Shown: positions 37,061 to 50,754, counted from the first letter of the stretch. The stretch: 64,000 bases of DNA from Carcharhinus amblyrhynchos (GCA_965287045.1 OZ336904.1:15190001-15254000), one strand, 5' to 3'. The notes: generated by a model from the letters alone, not told the origin. Program-made: numbers and translations.

Positions 37061-37753
37061 AGAGTTAACACATTAGGTCTGCGACCTTTCATCAGCATGT
37101 AGTCCATAATGCATACTTATAGCGGCTTCTCATAAGTGTAATTTTCAGAACAATGGAGTATTTTTATGCATTACAGGAACCACCCATTGCTAACTTCCTC
37201 AAGAACCTACCTATCTCGTCTCATAAAAATCTTCTCCTTGGCTCAGGTGAAGTAAGACTAACTTGCAGCATCTACACTGTCTGAGCTGAGTTAATTCGGT
37301 ACAGGCTAGGAATCAAGACATTGGAAGTTACTGGTTTGTATGATTCAATATTTAACAAGCAAGCCCCTGGTGTGAACCAGTTCATAACATGAGGAACTGC
37401 AACACAGTCTCAAGGCTTACTGTGGTAGAATCAATTTTGGTGCCGTGTGATATGAGATGACTATTTACTCAAACAGCTTAACACAATAATTTGCCTGAAA
37501 ATGATTCATTCATTACTTAAGGGCAACGAATATTTGCTTAGAAAGGAAATAATTATCAGGAAGAGTGGGGTCAATGTTCCCTTTAAGCTGCACTGGTGCA
37601 TGTACCGCGCAGGGAACAAACAGGTCATGTCCTTTAAAATGCATACATGCATGGCCACGTGGCAATCTTAAAGAGACCATGCAACATAACAAGCAGGCTG
37701 CACACAGCAAACAGCTAACTTTCAGTAGGGTTAACTGGACAGCTCTTTTAAAG

Positions 37754-38040
37754 ATGGTTGGCACTGCTGCCTTACCGTGCCAGGGACCTGGGTTCGATTC
37801 CTGGCTTGGGTCACTGGCTGTGCGAGTCTGCACGTTCCCCCCCACATCTGTGTGCGTTTTGTCCGGGTGCTCCGGTTTCTTCCCACAGTCCAAAAGATGT
37901 GCTAGTTAGGTGTATTAGCCATGCTAAATTCTCGCTCCATGTACCTGAACAGGCGCTAGAGTGTGACGACTAAGGGACTTTCACAGTAACTCCACTGCAG
38001 TGTGAATGTAAGCCTACTTGTGACTAATAAATAAACTTTA
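37754..38040 (+). mobile_element. V-SINE type B
   Basis: Homology. Confidence 0.87.
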
Positions 38041-38419
38041 ACATGGACATGACGAGCCAGATAACCATCTTCTGTGCTGTATAATTCTCGAATACTTCAT
38101 ACTAAACAATCACTCTAGACTTTATCTTTGTTTTTTTCGCATTCATTCTGTTTTAGGTGTTACTTTCTGACCAAGAGGATAGCAAAAGTGGCACAACTGA
38201 CCATAGCTTCAATTTTTCCTCCCTTTAGGGATGTTCTCAGCTTGCACCAAGTGATCAAAAGTGGATCCTCACAGCAGGAGAACACATTCTATGTGAGTCT
38301 AAAAACTCATGCCCTGCTAATCAACAACTACATGCTTTTGCATGACACCTTTAACATAGTAAAATGCCCCAAGGCACTTCACAGGAACACTATTGGGTGT
38401 ACCATTTATAACAGGCACT

Positions 38420-38745
38420 AAAGAACTCACCAAAACTCATATGACAGCACCTTCCAAACCCACGACTGCTACTGATTTATAATGACAACAGCAGCAGATG
38501 CATGGAATCACCACCACCTGGAAATTCCCTTCTAAGTACTCACCATCCTGACTTGGAAATACACTGACATTCCTTCACTGTCGCTGGCTCAAAATTCTGA
38601 AACTCCCTCCCTAACAGCATTGTGGCTGTACCTACAACACAAGGACTGCAGCAGTTCAAGAAGGCAGCTCATCACCACGTTCTCGAGGGCAATTAGAGAT
38701 GGGCAACAAATGCAGATCCAGCCAGTGACACACACATCTAGGAAA
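38420..38745 (+). mobile_element. LINE 3' fragment (CR1/L2 group) ending GAGGGCAATTAGAGATGGGCAACAAATGC
   Basis: Homologous pieces at 49540-50035 and 59640-59770; tail shared with SINE family C. Confidence 0.65.
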
Positions 38746-38996
38746 GCCTGGTGCTTGGGGCCGAAACAACTAGAAACACTGCTGCCAATATAGGAAATTA
38801 TGGATGTACACAGGGCCTGAATTAGAGGAATGCAGAGATTTTGGAGGAATTTACATAGATGGGAAATGTTGAGGCTGTGTAGAATGAGAATCTTACATTG
38901 GAGGAGTTACCCCTGGAACACGGGGGTGTTGGATGAATTGGACTACATGCAGATTAGAATATGGACAAAGTTTAGAATGAGCTCAAGTTTATGGAG

Positions 38997-39202
38997 GGTT
39001 TATTTATTATTAGTCACACGGTGCCTGTTCGGGTCAATGCACCTAACCAGCATGTCTTTTAGGCTGTGGGAGGAAACCACAGCACCCGGAGGAAGCCCAT
39101 GCAGACACGGGGAGAACATGCAAATGCCACACAGACAGTGACCCAAGCCGGAAATCGAACCCAGGTCCCGGGCGTAGCAGCAGTGCTAACCACTGTGCCA
39201 CC
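38997..39202 (-). mobile_element. V-SINE type B, internally deleted
   Basis: Homology. Confidence 0.8.
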
Positions 39203-39558
39203 ACAACGCGTGCTTTTTTTTTGGGGGGGGCATCCAGGACAGCATTGGAATATTCACGAAACAGTACAACAATGCTGAATTTCACAGCCATGTGACAACA
39301 CCAAGCCATCCAAGACAACAAGATGCATCATTACACAGAACCACCTGCACTGAAAGACATGGAGAGGAAACCCGATATATTAGTATAAGCAAAAACAGGG
39401 ATGAGAAAAGAGGATGTAGCCCGTCCATCCAATACAATAAGCCTCCCATCTCACTGCATTTTGAATATCTTTGTCTAATCTGCAGGAACAACCTTTCACT
39501 CACTGTGACTGAATCTTGTAGTCACGGCCATATGAGCAACTCAACATGGCCTACTCAC

Positions 39559-39671
39559 CCAGACTCCTTTAAAACTTTCAGCTTCCTTGACTTCTTCTCT
39601 TTCATCCCACTTTCATCCTTTCTTCTTTGTTTTTTCACCACCCTATCTTCTCCATCTTTTAATTTTTGTTT
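39559..39671 (-). CDS. UBN2: Ubinuclein exon 5 (Lys-rich, KQKLKDGEDRVVKKQRRK...KESG)
   Basis: TTCTTTCAG acceptor, GG|GTGAGT donor; 113 nt, ends phase 2. Confidence 0.92.
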
Positions 39672-40632
39672 CTGAAAGAAAAACACCGCCAGTTTTCTGT
39701 TTACTGTCCAGTCCGAAAGAACACTCGTACAAAGACAACTCATCACATCCCAGTCAAGTTTCACACAAAGCCGAAAGATGGTGTTTCGTCAGCACTTCAA
39801 AGTTTGTTGCAAAACATCATTTTTAGAAAGAAAGCAGTGGATTTATTCAGCATCTCAGATGCCTATGCAGTTTAATCGTGCTGGTAGAACAACTAGCAAT
39901 ACAAAGCACAGCAAATAACAAGGGGGTGCAAGCAGAGGATAATCACCTGAAGAGGAAAGCTAGGAGATATCTTTCCCATACAGAAATCTGCTAGACTCAA
40001 GATTTATCGGAAAACCCTAATAAGGTAGTGACTAGATCAGATAAAAATGAATTGGACAAGTATATATATGGTGAACCAGTAGTAAATGGAATTAGAGTAG
40101 ACAGTTCTAGTTCAAATGCTAGGCTCAAATGCCTAACGAGCTGATAACCAGAAAGAAGATATTTTGGGGCTTTGGGGTGGGGTCATAGACATTCCATGTA
40201 AAGGAGATCAATCAGGTAAACACTACTAAGGACAAGTACATCAACTCACTGTGGTGTAGGCGTGCACCGCACCTTTAATTGGTAATGGGTTGAAACATTA
40301 TGGGAGAAGGCAGGAAAATGGGGTTGAGGAGCATATCAGCCACGATCGATTAACAGAGCGGGCTTGATGGGCCGAATGGCCTAATTCTGCTCCTATATCG
40401 TATGAACTTATACACATTACCAAAGTCAAGCTTCAAACAAGAACCTGAAGGCATTAATGCGCATCGAGTATTGACTGATCACAGGGGGTTACTGGAAACT
40501 GAGGGACTCCTCACTCTCATCATTACGCTTGGTATTGGGGGCAGCTTATGCCATGGAAGTCAGATTACACATTATGTGGGATTGGTTCTGAGTCTCACAA
40601 TCTGCCACAGAATTAAAATCACCACCACTCAC

Positions 40633-40770
40633 TTTTGGTGATTTCAGTCTTTTCTTTCCCACCATATCTTCATCTTCAGTGTCGGAGGTCTGCCGGAACT
40701 GCAACGTTCCTGTGTTAATGTAAAATCCTCCATACTTTGTTGTCAGGGAGGCTGGGACCAATTCGTCATA
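40633..40770 (-). CDS. UBN2: Ubinuclein exon 4 ([46 protein letters not shown])
   Basis: TTTTCCAG acceptor, AAA|GTGAGT donor; 138 nt; HRD second half. Confidence 0.97.
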
Positions 40771-41295
40771 CTGGAAAATAAATTCAGGTTTCAGCAGGAG
40801 CCCTTGCCAATTGGAGAGCTGAGAGCTGGAATATTCAATCTGAGTTAAACATACAAGTGTGCACTGTTCAAGTGGTTGGAGCAACCCAGTTCACATTGCT
40901 TGCTGGCCCCTGACTTAATCTGAAATATATACATTTCTGATGTGTGTGCATGTCAAAGGTTGCCTGTGCAGTTCTATAATACACTAAATTCACGTATTCA
41001 CAATATGCTATTTCTTGGTCACTTATCTGTATTAACGTCTTCCATTATGAGTTTCTATGACATCAATCAGATTAGAAACTGCGAAGGATCCAAATCAGAA
41101 TCTCAAAATGCTACAAATTCTGCTAATTAATTTTAAATAATGTCAAATTATACTAAGAACCAAGGATAGAACATTTGACATTAAAATGCACTTTGGTTCA
41201 GTTATTCCCAGCTCTTCACCCTACTTTAGTTGAGGACGATGTTTGTCCTCAACTTCCTATAAGTAGATGTCACTGATCACAGACTAGTAATATCT

Positions 41296-41580
41296 GGGCA
41301 GCACGGTGGTTAGCACTGCTGCCTCACAGCACCAGGGACTCCAGTTCAACCCAGCTTGAGCGACTGTGCAGAGTCAGCATGTTCTTCCTGTGCCTGCGTG
41401 GGTTTCCTCCGGGTGCTCTGGTTTCCTCCCATAGTCCGAAAGACGTGCTAGTTAGATGCAATGGCCATGCTAAATTCTCCCTCAGTGTACCCAAACAAGC
41501 ACCAGAGTGTGGCAACTAGGGTATTTTCACAATAACTTCATTGTAGTGCTAATGTAAGTCTTCTAAAATAATAAACTAAA
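41296..41580 (+). mobile_element. V-SINE type B
   Basis: Homology. Confidence 0.85.
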
Positions 41581-42499
41581 CATATAGCACATGAAGTCTG
41601 TTCAGCCCATTGTGCCTATGCCAGTTCTTTGAAGGAGATACCCAATTCATCTCAATTCCTGCTCTCCTACATCCTGTACTGAACCAGGGTTGACCATCTG
41701 GTTTGTTGATGGAGTGAGAGCTATTCTGGGCTATGAGGTTACAGATTGCGGTGGAATACAATTCTGCCCCGTTGATGACCCATTTTGAGGCATTATCAGC
41801 CTTCAGGGGTACTTTAACCTGCCATTTCCAGAATGTACCAAGCTTAAGAATCATTGAGAAAAGAGGGGGTTTTGGGTGAAAAAATAGAGTTCTGAAAGCG
41901 TGCCATCCCATCCCCAGAGGGAGAACATCAACCTTTCTGGCTGACATGGTTGTGAAACTGTTTCCCAGAACTGAAAGGATTCGGTTACGCACAGTTCCTT
42001 TATTCAGTATCAGTCTTCACTGACGTGTACTCATGCTTTCAGTGCTGAACTTCCTCCAGATTTTGAAAAACACAAAGCAAACCATATCAATGAACACCGG
42101 TAAGACTGAAACGCAAGGCTATTTTTTTTTAACCACTGTTTCTAGCCATGAAATTATGTTCTGCTGGTATCCCTGTACAATTTCACTGCCAGTGTTCAAA
42201 TACTAATCACCAAGTTTGCAAATCTAACAGTCACAGCATAGGATTTTTTTTAAAAAAAGGACATGCTGATGATGGAGATACTACAAACATGAGTGGAAAA
42301 ATCACCAATTGTGGACATCTAACTGTCCAGTGCACACAGCTGGTGGCCAATGGACCCTTACCACAAAGAAAATGGCCCTTTTGATGTTCAGTATCACTCA
42401 CACAGGCAGGAGGAATCTCTGACCACTATTTAAATTCTCTCCACGAGCCCAACAGTCTTATTCAGATTCTGCCTGAGGATATGGACCTTCAGGAGAAAA

Positions 42500-43995
42500 A
42501 ACTCAGGAGTAGGCCATTCAGACCATCAAGCTTGCTCACAATTAGATTAGGTAATTCGATATTGTATCATGGCTGATCTGATTGTGGCAACCACTCCACT
42601 TTCCTGCCTGTCCCCCATAACACTTGACTCTTTTGTCAATCAAAAATCTGTTGCATTCAGCCTTGAATATATTCAGTGACCCAGCCTCCAGTGCTCTCTG
42701 GGGAACAGAATTCAGTAAAAATTTCAAGAAAAAAAATTCTCCTCATCTCCGTGCTAAATGGGAGATCCCTTAGTTTTAAGCTATGCTTTCAGTTCTAGAT
42801 TCTCTGTTAAGGGGGAACATGCTTTTAACCTGCCAAGCTCTCTCAGGATCTTATTTTTCAATAAGATTACCTCTCATTCTTCCAAACTGCAGTAACTATA
42901 AGTCACAGGAACATTGAAAATAGGAGCAGGAGTAGGCCTTTCGAACCTTTTCCGCCATTCAGTATGATCACGTCTGCTCATGCAGCTCAGTAACCTGATC
43001 CCATTTATTCCCCATATCCTTTGATCCCAAGACTGACCCCAAGGGGGTTTCTATGGTCTCTGGTAGAGAATTCCACAAACTCAGCGCTCCCTGGCTAAAT
43101 AAATTTCTCCTCATCTTAGTCCTAAATGATTTAACCCCATACATATCCTTAGACTGTGACTCCTGGTTCTGGACTCCCCTGCCATCGGAACCATCTTTCC
43201 TCAATTTACCCTGTCTCGTCCTGTTAGAATTTTATAAATTTCTTTGAAATGCTCCCTCATTCTTCTGAACTCCAACCAATATAATCCTAACTGACTCAAT
43301 CTTTCCTCATTTGTCAATCCCACCAGGAATGAGTCTGGTAAGCCTTCACTGCATTCCCTCCACAGCAAGAACATCCAACTGCACAATATTCCAGGCGTAG
43401 CCTCACCAAGGTCCTGTATAATTCATAGAATCATAAGTCATATAGTATAGAAGGAAGCTATGTGGCCCATTGAGTCTGCACTGACCACAATCCCACCTAC
43501 GGCCTCTCCCCGTAACCCCATGCATTTACCCTAGCTAGTCCCCCAACACACAGAGGCAATTTAGCATGGCCAATCCACCTAACCCGCACATCTTTGGACT
43601 GTAGGAGGAAACCGGAGTGCTCTGAGGAAACCCACACAGACATGGGGAGAATGTGCAAACTCCACACAGACAGTGACCCAAGCCAGGAATCAAATCCAGA
43701 TCCCTGGCACTGTGAGACAGCAGTGTTAATTGCAGAAAGTCATCCCTGCTTCTGTACTCAAATCCCCCCGCTATGAAGATAAACATACCATTTGCCTTTT
43801 TCACCGCCCACTATAACCTCTCAACCTTTCTTCATAAGACACCCCCTTCTTCCAAAGAATCAGCCCAGTGAACCTTCTCTGGAGTTCCTTCCAATTCAAG
43901 TATGTCCCTCCTTGAGTAAGGAGGCCAAAATCACACAGTGCTCTAAGTGTGGTCTCACCACTGCTCTGTACAGCTGTAGCAAGACCTCCCTACTT
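42500..43995 (-). mobile_element. Nested CR1 3' fragments interrupted by a V-SINE
   Basis: EERLSQLGLYWLEFRRMRE and KKANGMFIFIAGGFEYRS motifs; CR1 tails. Confidence 0.8.
43424..43728 (-). mobile_element. V-SINE type A
   Basis: Homology. Confidence 0.85.
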
Positions 43996-44235
43996 TTATC
44001 CTCCATTCTCCTAGCACAGAATCATAGAATTGTTACAGCACCAAAGGAGGCCGCTGGGTCATGCCAGCCACGAGCATAATATCAGCCACTGCGCTAAGCT
44101 GCTAGTTTGACTGCAGATTTGTCCCATGAAGAGGCTGGTTAGCTTCCTTACAATACACAAACAAGGAGCTGAAAAAAAAGGACTCATTTATTGCCAAAGG
44201 AACAGCAGCACTGCCTATCAAAAGCCAACACTCAC

Positions 44236-44337
44236 CGCTTCAGAGTTGTCGATGAATGGGTCCGTGTCATCATAACCGTACCCCATGTCAATTAAATCCT
44301 GCATGCGGTCTTTCCGTCGCTTGTGGTTCTTTTGACC
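44236..44337 (-). CDS. UBN2: Ubinuclein exon 3 ([34 protein letters not shown]), HRD first half
   Basis: TTGCAG acceptor, GCG|GTGAGT donor; 102 nt; Hpc2-related domain motif. Confidence 0.96.
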
Positions 44338-44878
44338 CTGCAATTTGCAAGAGTTGTTTAGTTTCAGTTTCAGTTAAGGGGACCAAAACAGCAGATGCAA
44401 GATTGATCACAGACTATAGATATGCACGTCAATACACTGCTGTATTTTTGGAGACATATCCTTGAGAGGTTTAGCCCAGCACCATAGAATTCTTGGAGGG
44501 AAATTGGTGAACCGAAACAGCCAGCCTGCAGGGCAGCAAGTTATTGGGCCTGGCACTGATGCTCAGAGGACTGAAGTGCTTCTGCATCCTGCTTGACAAA
44601 TGATCCTATTATTTCATCTGCAGTTTTTTGGGATCTTGCTGTGCACAGTTGGCTGCTACGTTTCCTACATTACAACAGTGAATACAGTTCAGAAACGACA
44701 AAGGGCGCAAAGTGCTTTGGGACATCCTGTGTTTGTGAATTTTTTTTCTTCTTAAGGAGGGTAGAAGTCGTGAGTGAATATCATGACTCTGTCTCCGTAT
44801 CTACTGACGAGTCTCTTGCGTGCACTCTTTCATTTGCGTGCCCTCTCAATCACATCCCTTTGCACACTCAACACTCAC

Positions 44879-44971
44879 ATATTTTTCCTCAAGTTTCTTT
44901 GCTAAAGCTTCCACTTCTCTTCTCTCCTTCTCTTCAGTGCTGAAGGGATCATCAGGATTGGCAAAATTTCT
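44879..44971 (-). CDS. UBN2: Ubinuclein exon 2 (RNFANPDDPFSTEEKERREVEALAKKLEEKY)
   Basis: Acceptor TTTTTGCTTCAACAG, donor TAT|GTGAGT; 93 nt; conserved DPF...EVEALAKK.E.KY. Confidence 0.95.
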
Positions 44972-45274
44972 CTGTTGAAGCAAAAAGAAAAATAGTTTAT
45001 CTGAGGTGTGTGGGGGAACAGATTGACAAGTGATATGGGAGATTTCTCCTGGTGTCTCAGTTGGGTGCCTGCGCAGTGAGGTACTGACTCAAATAGACTA
45101 CGGAAGTCCCAGATCTACGTTGCGTTCGCTGATCTAGCATCGAGTAGAGTTGATGATATGATTAGCCTCAGTGCCTCTTAAGGTAAGGAAATAACTAAAA
45201 TCAGCCAGTGTGCCTGTGGCAAATCATTCCAAGCATCTCCCCTCTCCATTGCACCCCACCCCAAGCAAAAGCTA

Positions 45275-45548
45275 AAACTTTGACGTTTAGTGTCACAAGT
45301 AGGCTTACATTTAACACTGCAATGATGTTCCTGTGAAAATCATCTAGTCGCTACACTCCGGTGCCTGTTTGGGTACACTGAGGGAGAATTTAGCATGACC
45401 ACTGCACCTAGCCAGTACACCTTCTAGACTGTAGGAGGAAACTCATGCAGACACAGGGAGGATATGCAGACTCCATCAGACAGTGACCCAAACTGGGAAT
45501 TGAACCTGGATCCCTAGTGCAGAGGCAGAAGGGCTAACCACTGTGTCA
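45275..45548 (-). mobile_element. V-SINE type B
   Basis: Homology. Confidence 0.82.
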
Positions 45549-46224
45549 CACAAAGCACATGGAAGAGAGCAGCACGGGATTGAGCTTATATGTCAGACTG
45601 ATCACATTAGAGCAACACAACATTAATGCACTAGTGAGTGCATGTAGGATACCAGAGGTCAGTTAGTTGTCTAATTCCAGGTGAGCCTGGAAAGAGAGAG
45701 TTCTTGGCCTTTGGGGGTGGGGGGTTGCAGTACAGATTTAGTAGAATGATACCAAACTAAAAATCATTAAAATATAAGAAGGGGTTGCATAAGCCAGGTG
45801 CGTACCCTTGAGTATAGAATATTAACAGATGATACTATTGAGGTAGATTAAACTACTGGATAGTTTCTGTCATTCTCTCTGATGGGGCAAGAGTCCAGAA
45901 CAAGACAGCATAACCTTAAAATTAAAGTGTGGTTGTTCCGGGGTGTTATCAGGGAGACTTCTTTACACAGATGAACCATGAAGGAAACGGCAGCCAGATA
46001 ATGGATGGCGATCATGAATCAACTGACCTGCCAAACGGTGAACCAAGAGGTCATTGTTGAAACTCTTGGCCCAAATGTCTGACCTTTTGCAGGAATCAGC
46101 ACTCAAAGTGCACGGAATGCAAAACAGTCACTCTGAGAAGTTTCACTACTCAATCAACATTCAACAAATCAGAGGCTGAACCAGCCCAGTGGTGAGTTGG
46201 CAGGAACAGAGTTTTTAAAAAAAA

Positions 46225-46500
46225 TCTATTTATTAGTGTCACAAGTATATTAATACTGCAATGAAGTTACTGTGAAAATCCCCTAGTCACCACACTCTGG
46301 AGCCTGTTCGGGTACACTGAGGGAGAAGTTAGCATGGCCAATGGACCTAATCAGCAGTGTGGGATTGAGAGGGGAAACCGGAGGAATCCCACACAGATAT
46401 GGGGAGAATGTGCAGACTCTGCACAGACAGTGACCCAAGCCAGGAATCAAACCCAAGTGGCTGGCGCTGTGAGACAGCAGTGCTAACCATCATGCTGCCC
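46225..46500 (-). mobile_element. V-SINE type B
   Basis: Homology. Confidence 0.82.
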
Positions 46501-46669
46501 ATAGGGGGATGATACTCATTAGGAGACAGCACAGAGTTGCACTGACTGGAACATTTTGCTTCACATGTTTACCAGAAGATAACACACCTGTCTTTGACTT
46601 TTCACCGGTCCTGTCCAAAAATCAAAGACTTGATTCCTGAGGTGGTAGCAACAACAGTTCATAAAACAT

Positions 46670-47125
46670 AAGTATCCCAGATTTTATTCATAGGAGTATA
46701 AAGTACAAGAGCAAGGAAATCAACTGGGATGTTGCATCCATACCAGGGCACCACAAACTGTGAAGGTAAAGGCAAGAGTGCAGACTGATTCACAAAAATG
46801 ATCCCAGAATAAGGAACTTCAGTTATGAAGATAGGGTGGGGGACTTGGAGTTCTTTTCCTTAGAGGAGAAGCACTGAAAGAAGTTTTGATAGAGGTGTTC
46901 AAAATCATGAAAGGTCTGGGCAGAATAAATAGGGAGAAACTGATGGACGGATTGAAAATGAGGGGGAACAGATTTAAGATAACTGGATGGTGACATGAGG
47001 AGAAATATTTTTACGCAGCGAATGGTTAAGATCTGGAATGCACTGCCTGACAGTGCAGTGGAGGCAGAGTCAATCAGGATTTTCAAAAGAGAATTGGATT
47101 ATTATCTGAAAAGGAAGAATGCATA
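46670..47125 (+). mobile_element. Decayed CR1 3' fragment
   Basis: ORF2 C-terminal similarity (GATCTGGAATGCACTGCCTG). Confidence 0.7.
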
Positions 47126-47192
47126 GTCTGTGACAAGGCATTGCACCCCAATGGGCTTGGTCTGGAGTTGGACACCATGCTTATTTACAGAT

Positions 47193-47320
47193 CTGATGAA
47201 AGGTCCATTAAGGAGCTTTAACTCTGCTTCTCTCTCCAAGGATGCAGCATGGCCTGCTGAGCAATTCAGAATTCTCTGTTTCTATTTCAGATTTCCAGCA
47301 CGTGCAACATTTTGCTTTTT
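47193..47320 (+). mobile_element. Penelope-like family C fragment
   Basis: TCTGATGAAAGGTC...ATTTCAGATTTCCAGCA shared with the 17196 copy. Confidence 0.5.
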
Positions 47321-47737
47321 GCTCAACTTTCCACTGCCACAAGATTGTATTGCTGTACCTCATCAGAACCCACAGCAGCCTCATGGAGTACAATCCCCAA
47401 ACATTAACACAAACTCATTAAAAATCCTTAATCTGTGAGTACTTCCTGCATCAACTTTCCATTATAAATTTCTATATCCACATTTAAAATGGAAATTGCC
47501 GATGTATATATGTCACGCTGCATTTTCACCCTCCTGCCAGTGGCAGCACAGTAGCACATCAGCTCTACAACCATACCTCAGCTTACACTGCAGAAACACT
47601 GCTCGGTAAAATCCAATCTCGTCCCCAAATTGCCAAACATTTAGCCACCTAACAACATAAAAACTGACATAGAACAATATGAAAATTTACATAGAATTTA
47701 TGGCCTTCACGCTGGAACTGAATTACATTGAAAATCA

Positions 47738-48290
47738 AAGAATCCCTACAGCATGAGAGATGCCATTTGGGTCACCAAGACTGCATCAACAACAATCCCA
47801 CCCAGAACCTATATCCATAACTCCACGTAATGGTTAGCACTGCTGCCTCACAGCGCCAAGGACCTGTGTTTGATTCCCAGCTTGGGTCACTGTCTATGCA
47901 GAGTCTGCACATTCCTGTGTCCACGTGGGTTTTCTCCAAAGATGTGCTAGTTTGTTGTACTGACCATGCTAAATTCTCCCTCAGCGCTCCCGAACAGGCG
48001 CCGGAGTGTGGCGGCTAGTAGATTTTCACAGTAACCTCATTGCAGTGTGAATGTAAGATCATGACTAATAAATAAATTTTAACTTTTTCTAAACCCTCTG
48101 ACATTAAGGGTCAAGTTAGCAGGGCCAATCAACCTAACTTGTACATCTTTGGAGTGTGGGAGGAAACCGGAGCACCCAGTGGAAATCCACAGGGAGAACA
48201 TGCAAACTTCACACACACAGTCACCCAAGGGCAGAATTGAGTCTGGGTCCTTGGCGCTGTGAGGCAGCAGTGCTAACCACTGAGTCACAG
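47738..48290 (-). mobile_element. V-SINE type A interrupted by an opposite-strand type B copy (47829-48082)
   Basis: Tail 47738-47828; remainder 48085-48290. Confidence 0.78.
47829..48082 (+). mobile_element. V-SINE type B nested in type A
   Basis: Homology. Confidence 0.82.
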
Positions 48291-48516
48291 TGCTCTAATC
48301 CTGGCCTAATCTATTCTCTATCCTCAGATTCCATTGTGCCCAAGGTTGCAATTATATTGATATACCCATGCACAATTTCAGTCTCTCAATATTTTGGTTC
48401 TCCCTTAAAGGCATAGCAAATTATTCAGCTGCCAGATGGACAATTAATGCAGCATTGCAAGTGTCAGCCTCATTTCAAGAACGAAATGAACTATTACAAA
48501 GACCAATGCCTTTCAC

Positions 48517-48825
48517 AGAATCATATAATCCCTACAGTACAGAAGGAGGCCATTCGGTCCATCGAGTCTGTACCAGCCACAATCCCATCCAGGCCCTATT
48601 CACATTTACTCTACTAATCTCCCTGATAGTGAGGGGCAATTTAGCATTGTCAATTAACCTAACCCGCATATCTTTGGACCGTGTGAGGAAACTGGAGCAC
48701 CCGGAGGAAACCCACACAGACACAGGGAGAACGTGCAAACTCCCACACAGACAGTGACCCAAGGCTGGAATTGAACATGGGTCCCTGGTGCTGTGAGGCA
48801 GCAGTGCTAGCTACTGTGCCAACCT
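48517..48825 (-). mobile_element. V-SINE type A
   Basis: Homology. Confidence 0.85.
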
Positions 48826-49680
48826 GCCACATTTGGAGGAGAAAGATGGGCAAAACAATGAACAGGGATAACCGAAGCTTCTGAGATTTACAACCCCGGA
48901 CCTGTTCCTGTCAGCACAAGTACCAAGCCAATGAAACATTTTTCAGACCAATGATAAATTGAAAAACATAAAATGATCCCACAGTCGTTGCTTGATGAGA
49001 GAGACCAGAAGCAGCAAAGGCAGGATTTCAAGAATCTTGCTGAGGAATAAACTCAACATCTTCCAATTCCTCAACGTGACACTGAACCATAGGCTTCCAA
49101 GTTCAACTTTAGGGATGCAGAATTCCGTGACCTCAATCAGCGGGTGCCACAACTGAGGGAAGGTGAAATGAAGGTTCAGCAAAACAAAGTCTTGATTTAT
49201 ATGGCACCTTTCATGACTTCCAAAATCTCAAAGCGCTTTACAGACAATGAAATACTTAAGTTGAGACACTGCTAAGGTCCACAAATCGAATGAAAGTTAG
49301 CACACACTGACGATCAGGCTGTGATGCCTTTCGTGGCTGAAGAGCAGCCAATATTCACTATTTAGGTCCAGAGATGAAGAGTAGTCCACTGGGCAAGACC
49401 CTTAGCAGATGTCTTGCTCCTAAATAACCAAATTGCAGAAATATTGACTGGAAGGGCTAAAAACCAAATTGCAAAACGAGTAAAAAGTGAGATGTTTGGC
49501 TGAGAGAGAAAATAAGATGCACCAGTTAATCAAGCAGTTCACTCGATCAGCAGCCCATCTATCACCGACGCGCAGTGGCAGCAGTGTGTACTGTGTACAA
49601 GATCCACTGCGGCAACTCACCAGGTTTTCTTTGACAGCACCTTCCAAACCCAACCTCTACCACTGACCAGGACAAAGACA

Positions 49681-49953
49681 GTAAAAAGTCTGACAACACC
49701 AGGTTTTAGTCCAACCGATTTATTTGATAATACTCACAAGCTTTCGAGGGGACTGCCTCTTCGTCAGGTGAATGGAGAGTTCTGGCCTCAGACAGAGCAT
49801 ATAAAGCACAGACAATTGAGAGTTAACTGATTAAAATTTAATCAGTCCCCTCGAAAGCTTGTGAGTATTATCAAATAAATCGGTTGGACTAAAACCTGGT
49901 GTTGTCAGACTTTTTACTGTGTTTACGCCAGTCCAACGCCGGCATTCCCACAT
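49681..49953 (-). mobile_element. Penelope-like element family A with 78-bp perfect inverted repeat and intact hammerhead core
   Basis: TSD CAGGACAAAGACA (49668-49680 / 49954-49966); IR 49678-49755 vs 49843-49920. Confidence 0.8.
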
Positions 49954-50754
49954 CAGGACAAAGACAACAGAGGTATGGGAACACCACTACCTGCAATAAA
50001 TCCTGGCCAAGTCAGTGATGCCCACATCCCTTGAAAGAGTAAAGAAAGAAACGGAATAAATCAGCTGCCACTGAATGCACAAGGCACTTAAAACATCAAC
50101 AGGAGAAAAACTTCACAGCACAAAACAGCACTGAGATTTTCCGCAATTTCACAACAGCGCCTGATGTACCAACTTCTAATACCTCAGTAAAATTTCAAAC
50201 AAGGGCTGTGGAGGAACGCTCTCCTGTCCCAACAGCAAGAGACAATTGTATCAGATTAAATTCACTGAGCCCCAACATACAAACGAACTTCACACGATGC
50301 AGGAAGCTAATTCCAGACCAGGACAAAATCCTTGCACAACTCATAGTTCAGTTCGTTTCAACATAGGTCTTTGAAAACAGTCTGCATCACAGCTTGTTTT
50401 TGGAACATAGGAACAAGAGAAGGCTATTCAATTAGATCATGGTTAGTCTGTACCTCAACTCCATTCATCCGCCTTGGCAACATATCCTTTGGTATTGGAT
50501 GGCTAACCCATCTACCACAAATCAAAACTGCCAATACTTCTGACTTCCATTGCTGTAGGATTTGATCGCCCTCACCCAGCTGCCAGCCAAAGGCAAAAAA
50601 TGAGCTCATTTTGCAGAATCACCATTTCAAGGCAGGCAGCAATCTAGGTGTTCAAAGCAGCAAGATGCTATTTCTTCTTGTTGTTTACAAGCCTGACTGC
50701 TTCAGGCTTGGGCCCTACCCTAATATACATGCTGAATATAGCAGGACATAATGC

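Noticed and set aside
49678-49920. Inverted repeats as a MITE or pre-miRNA
   Set aside because: Arms are asymmetric with a one-sided tail, variable inversion points and variable 10-15 bp TSDs across copies, which fits Penelope-like insertion better
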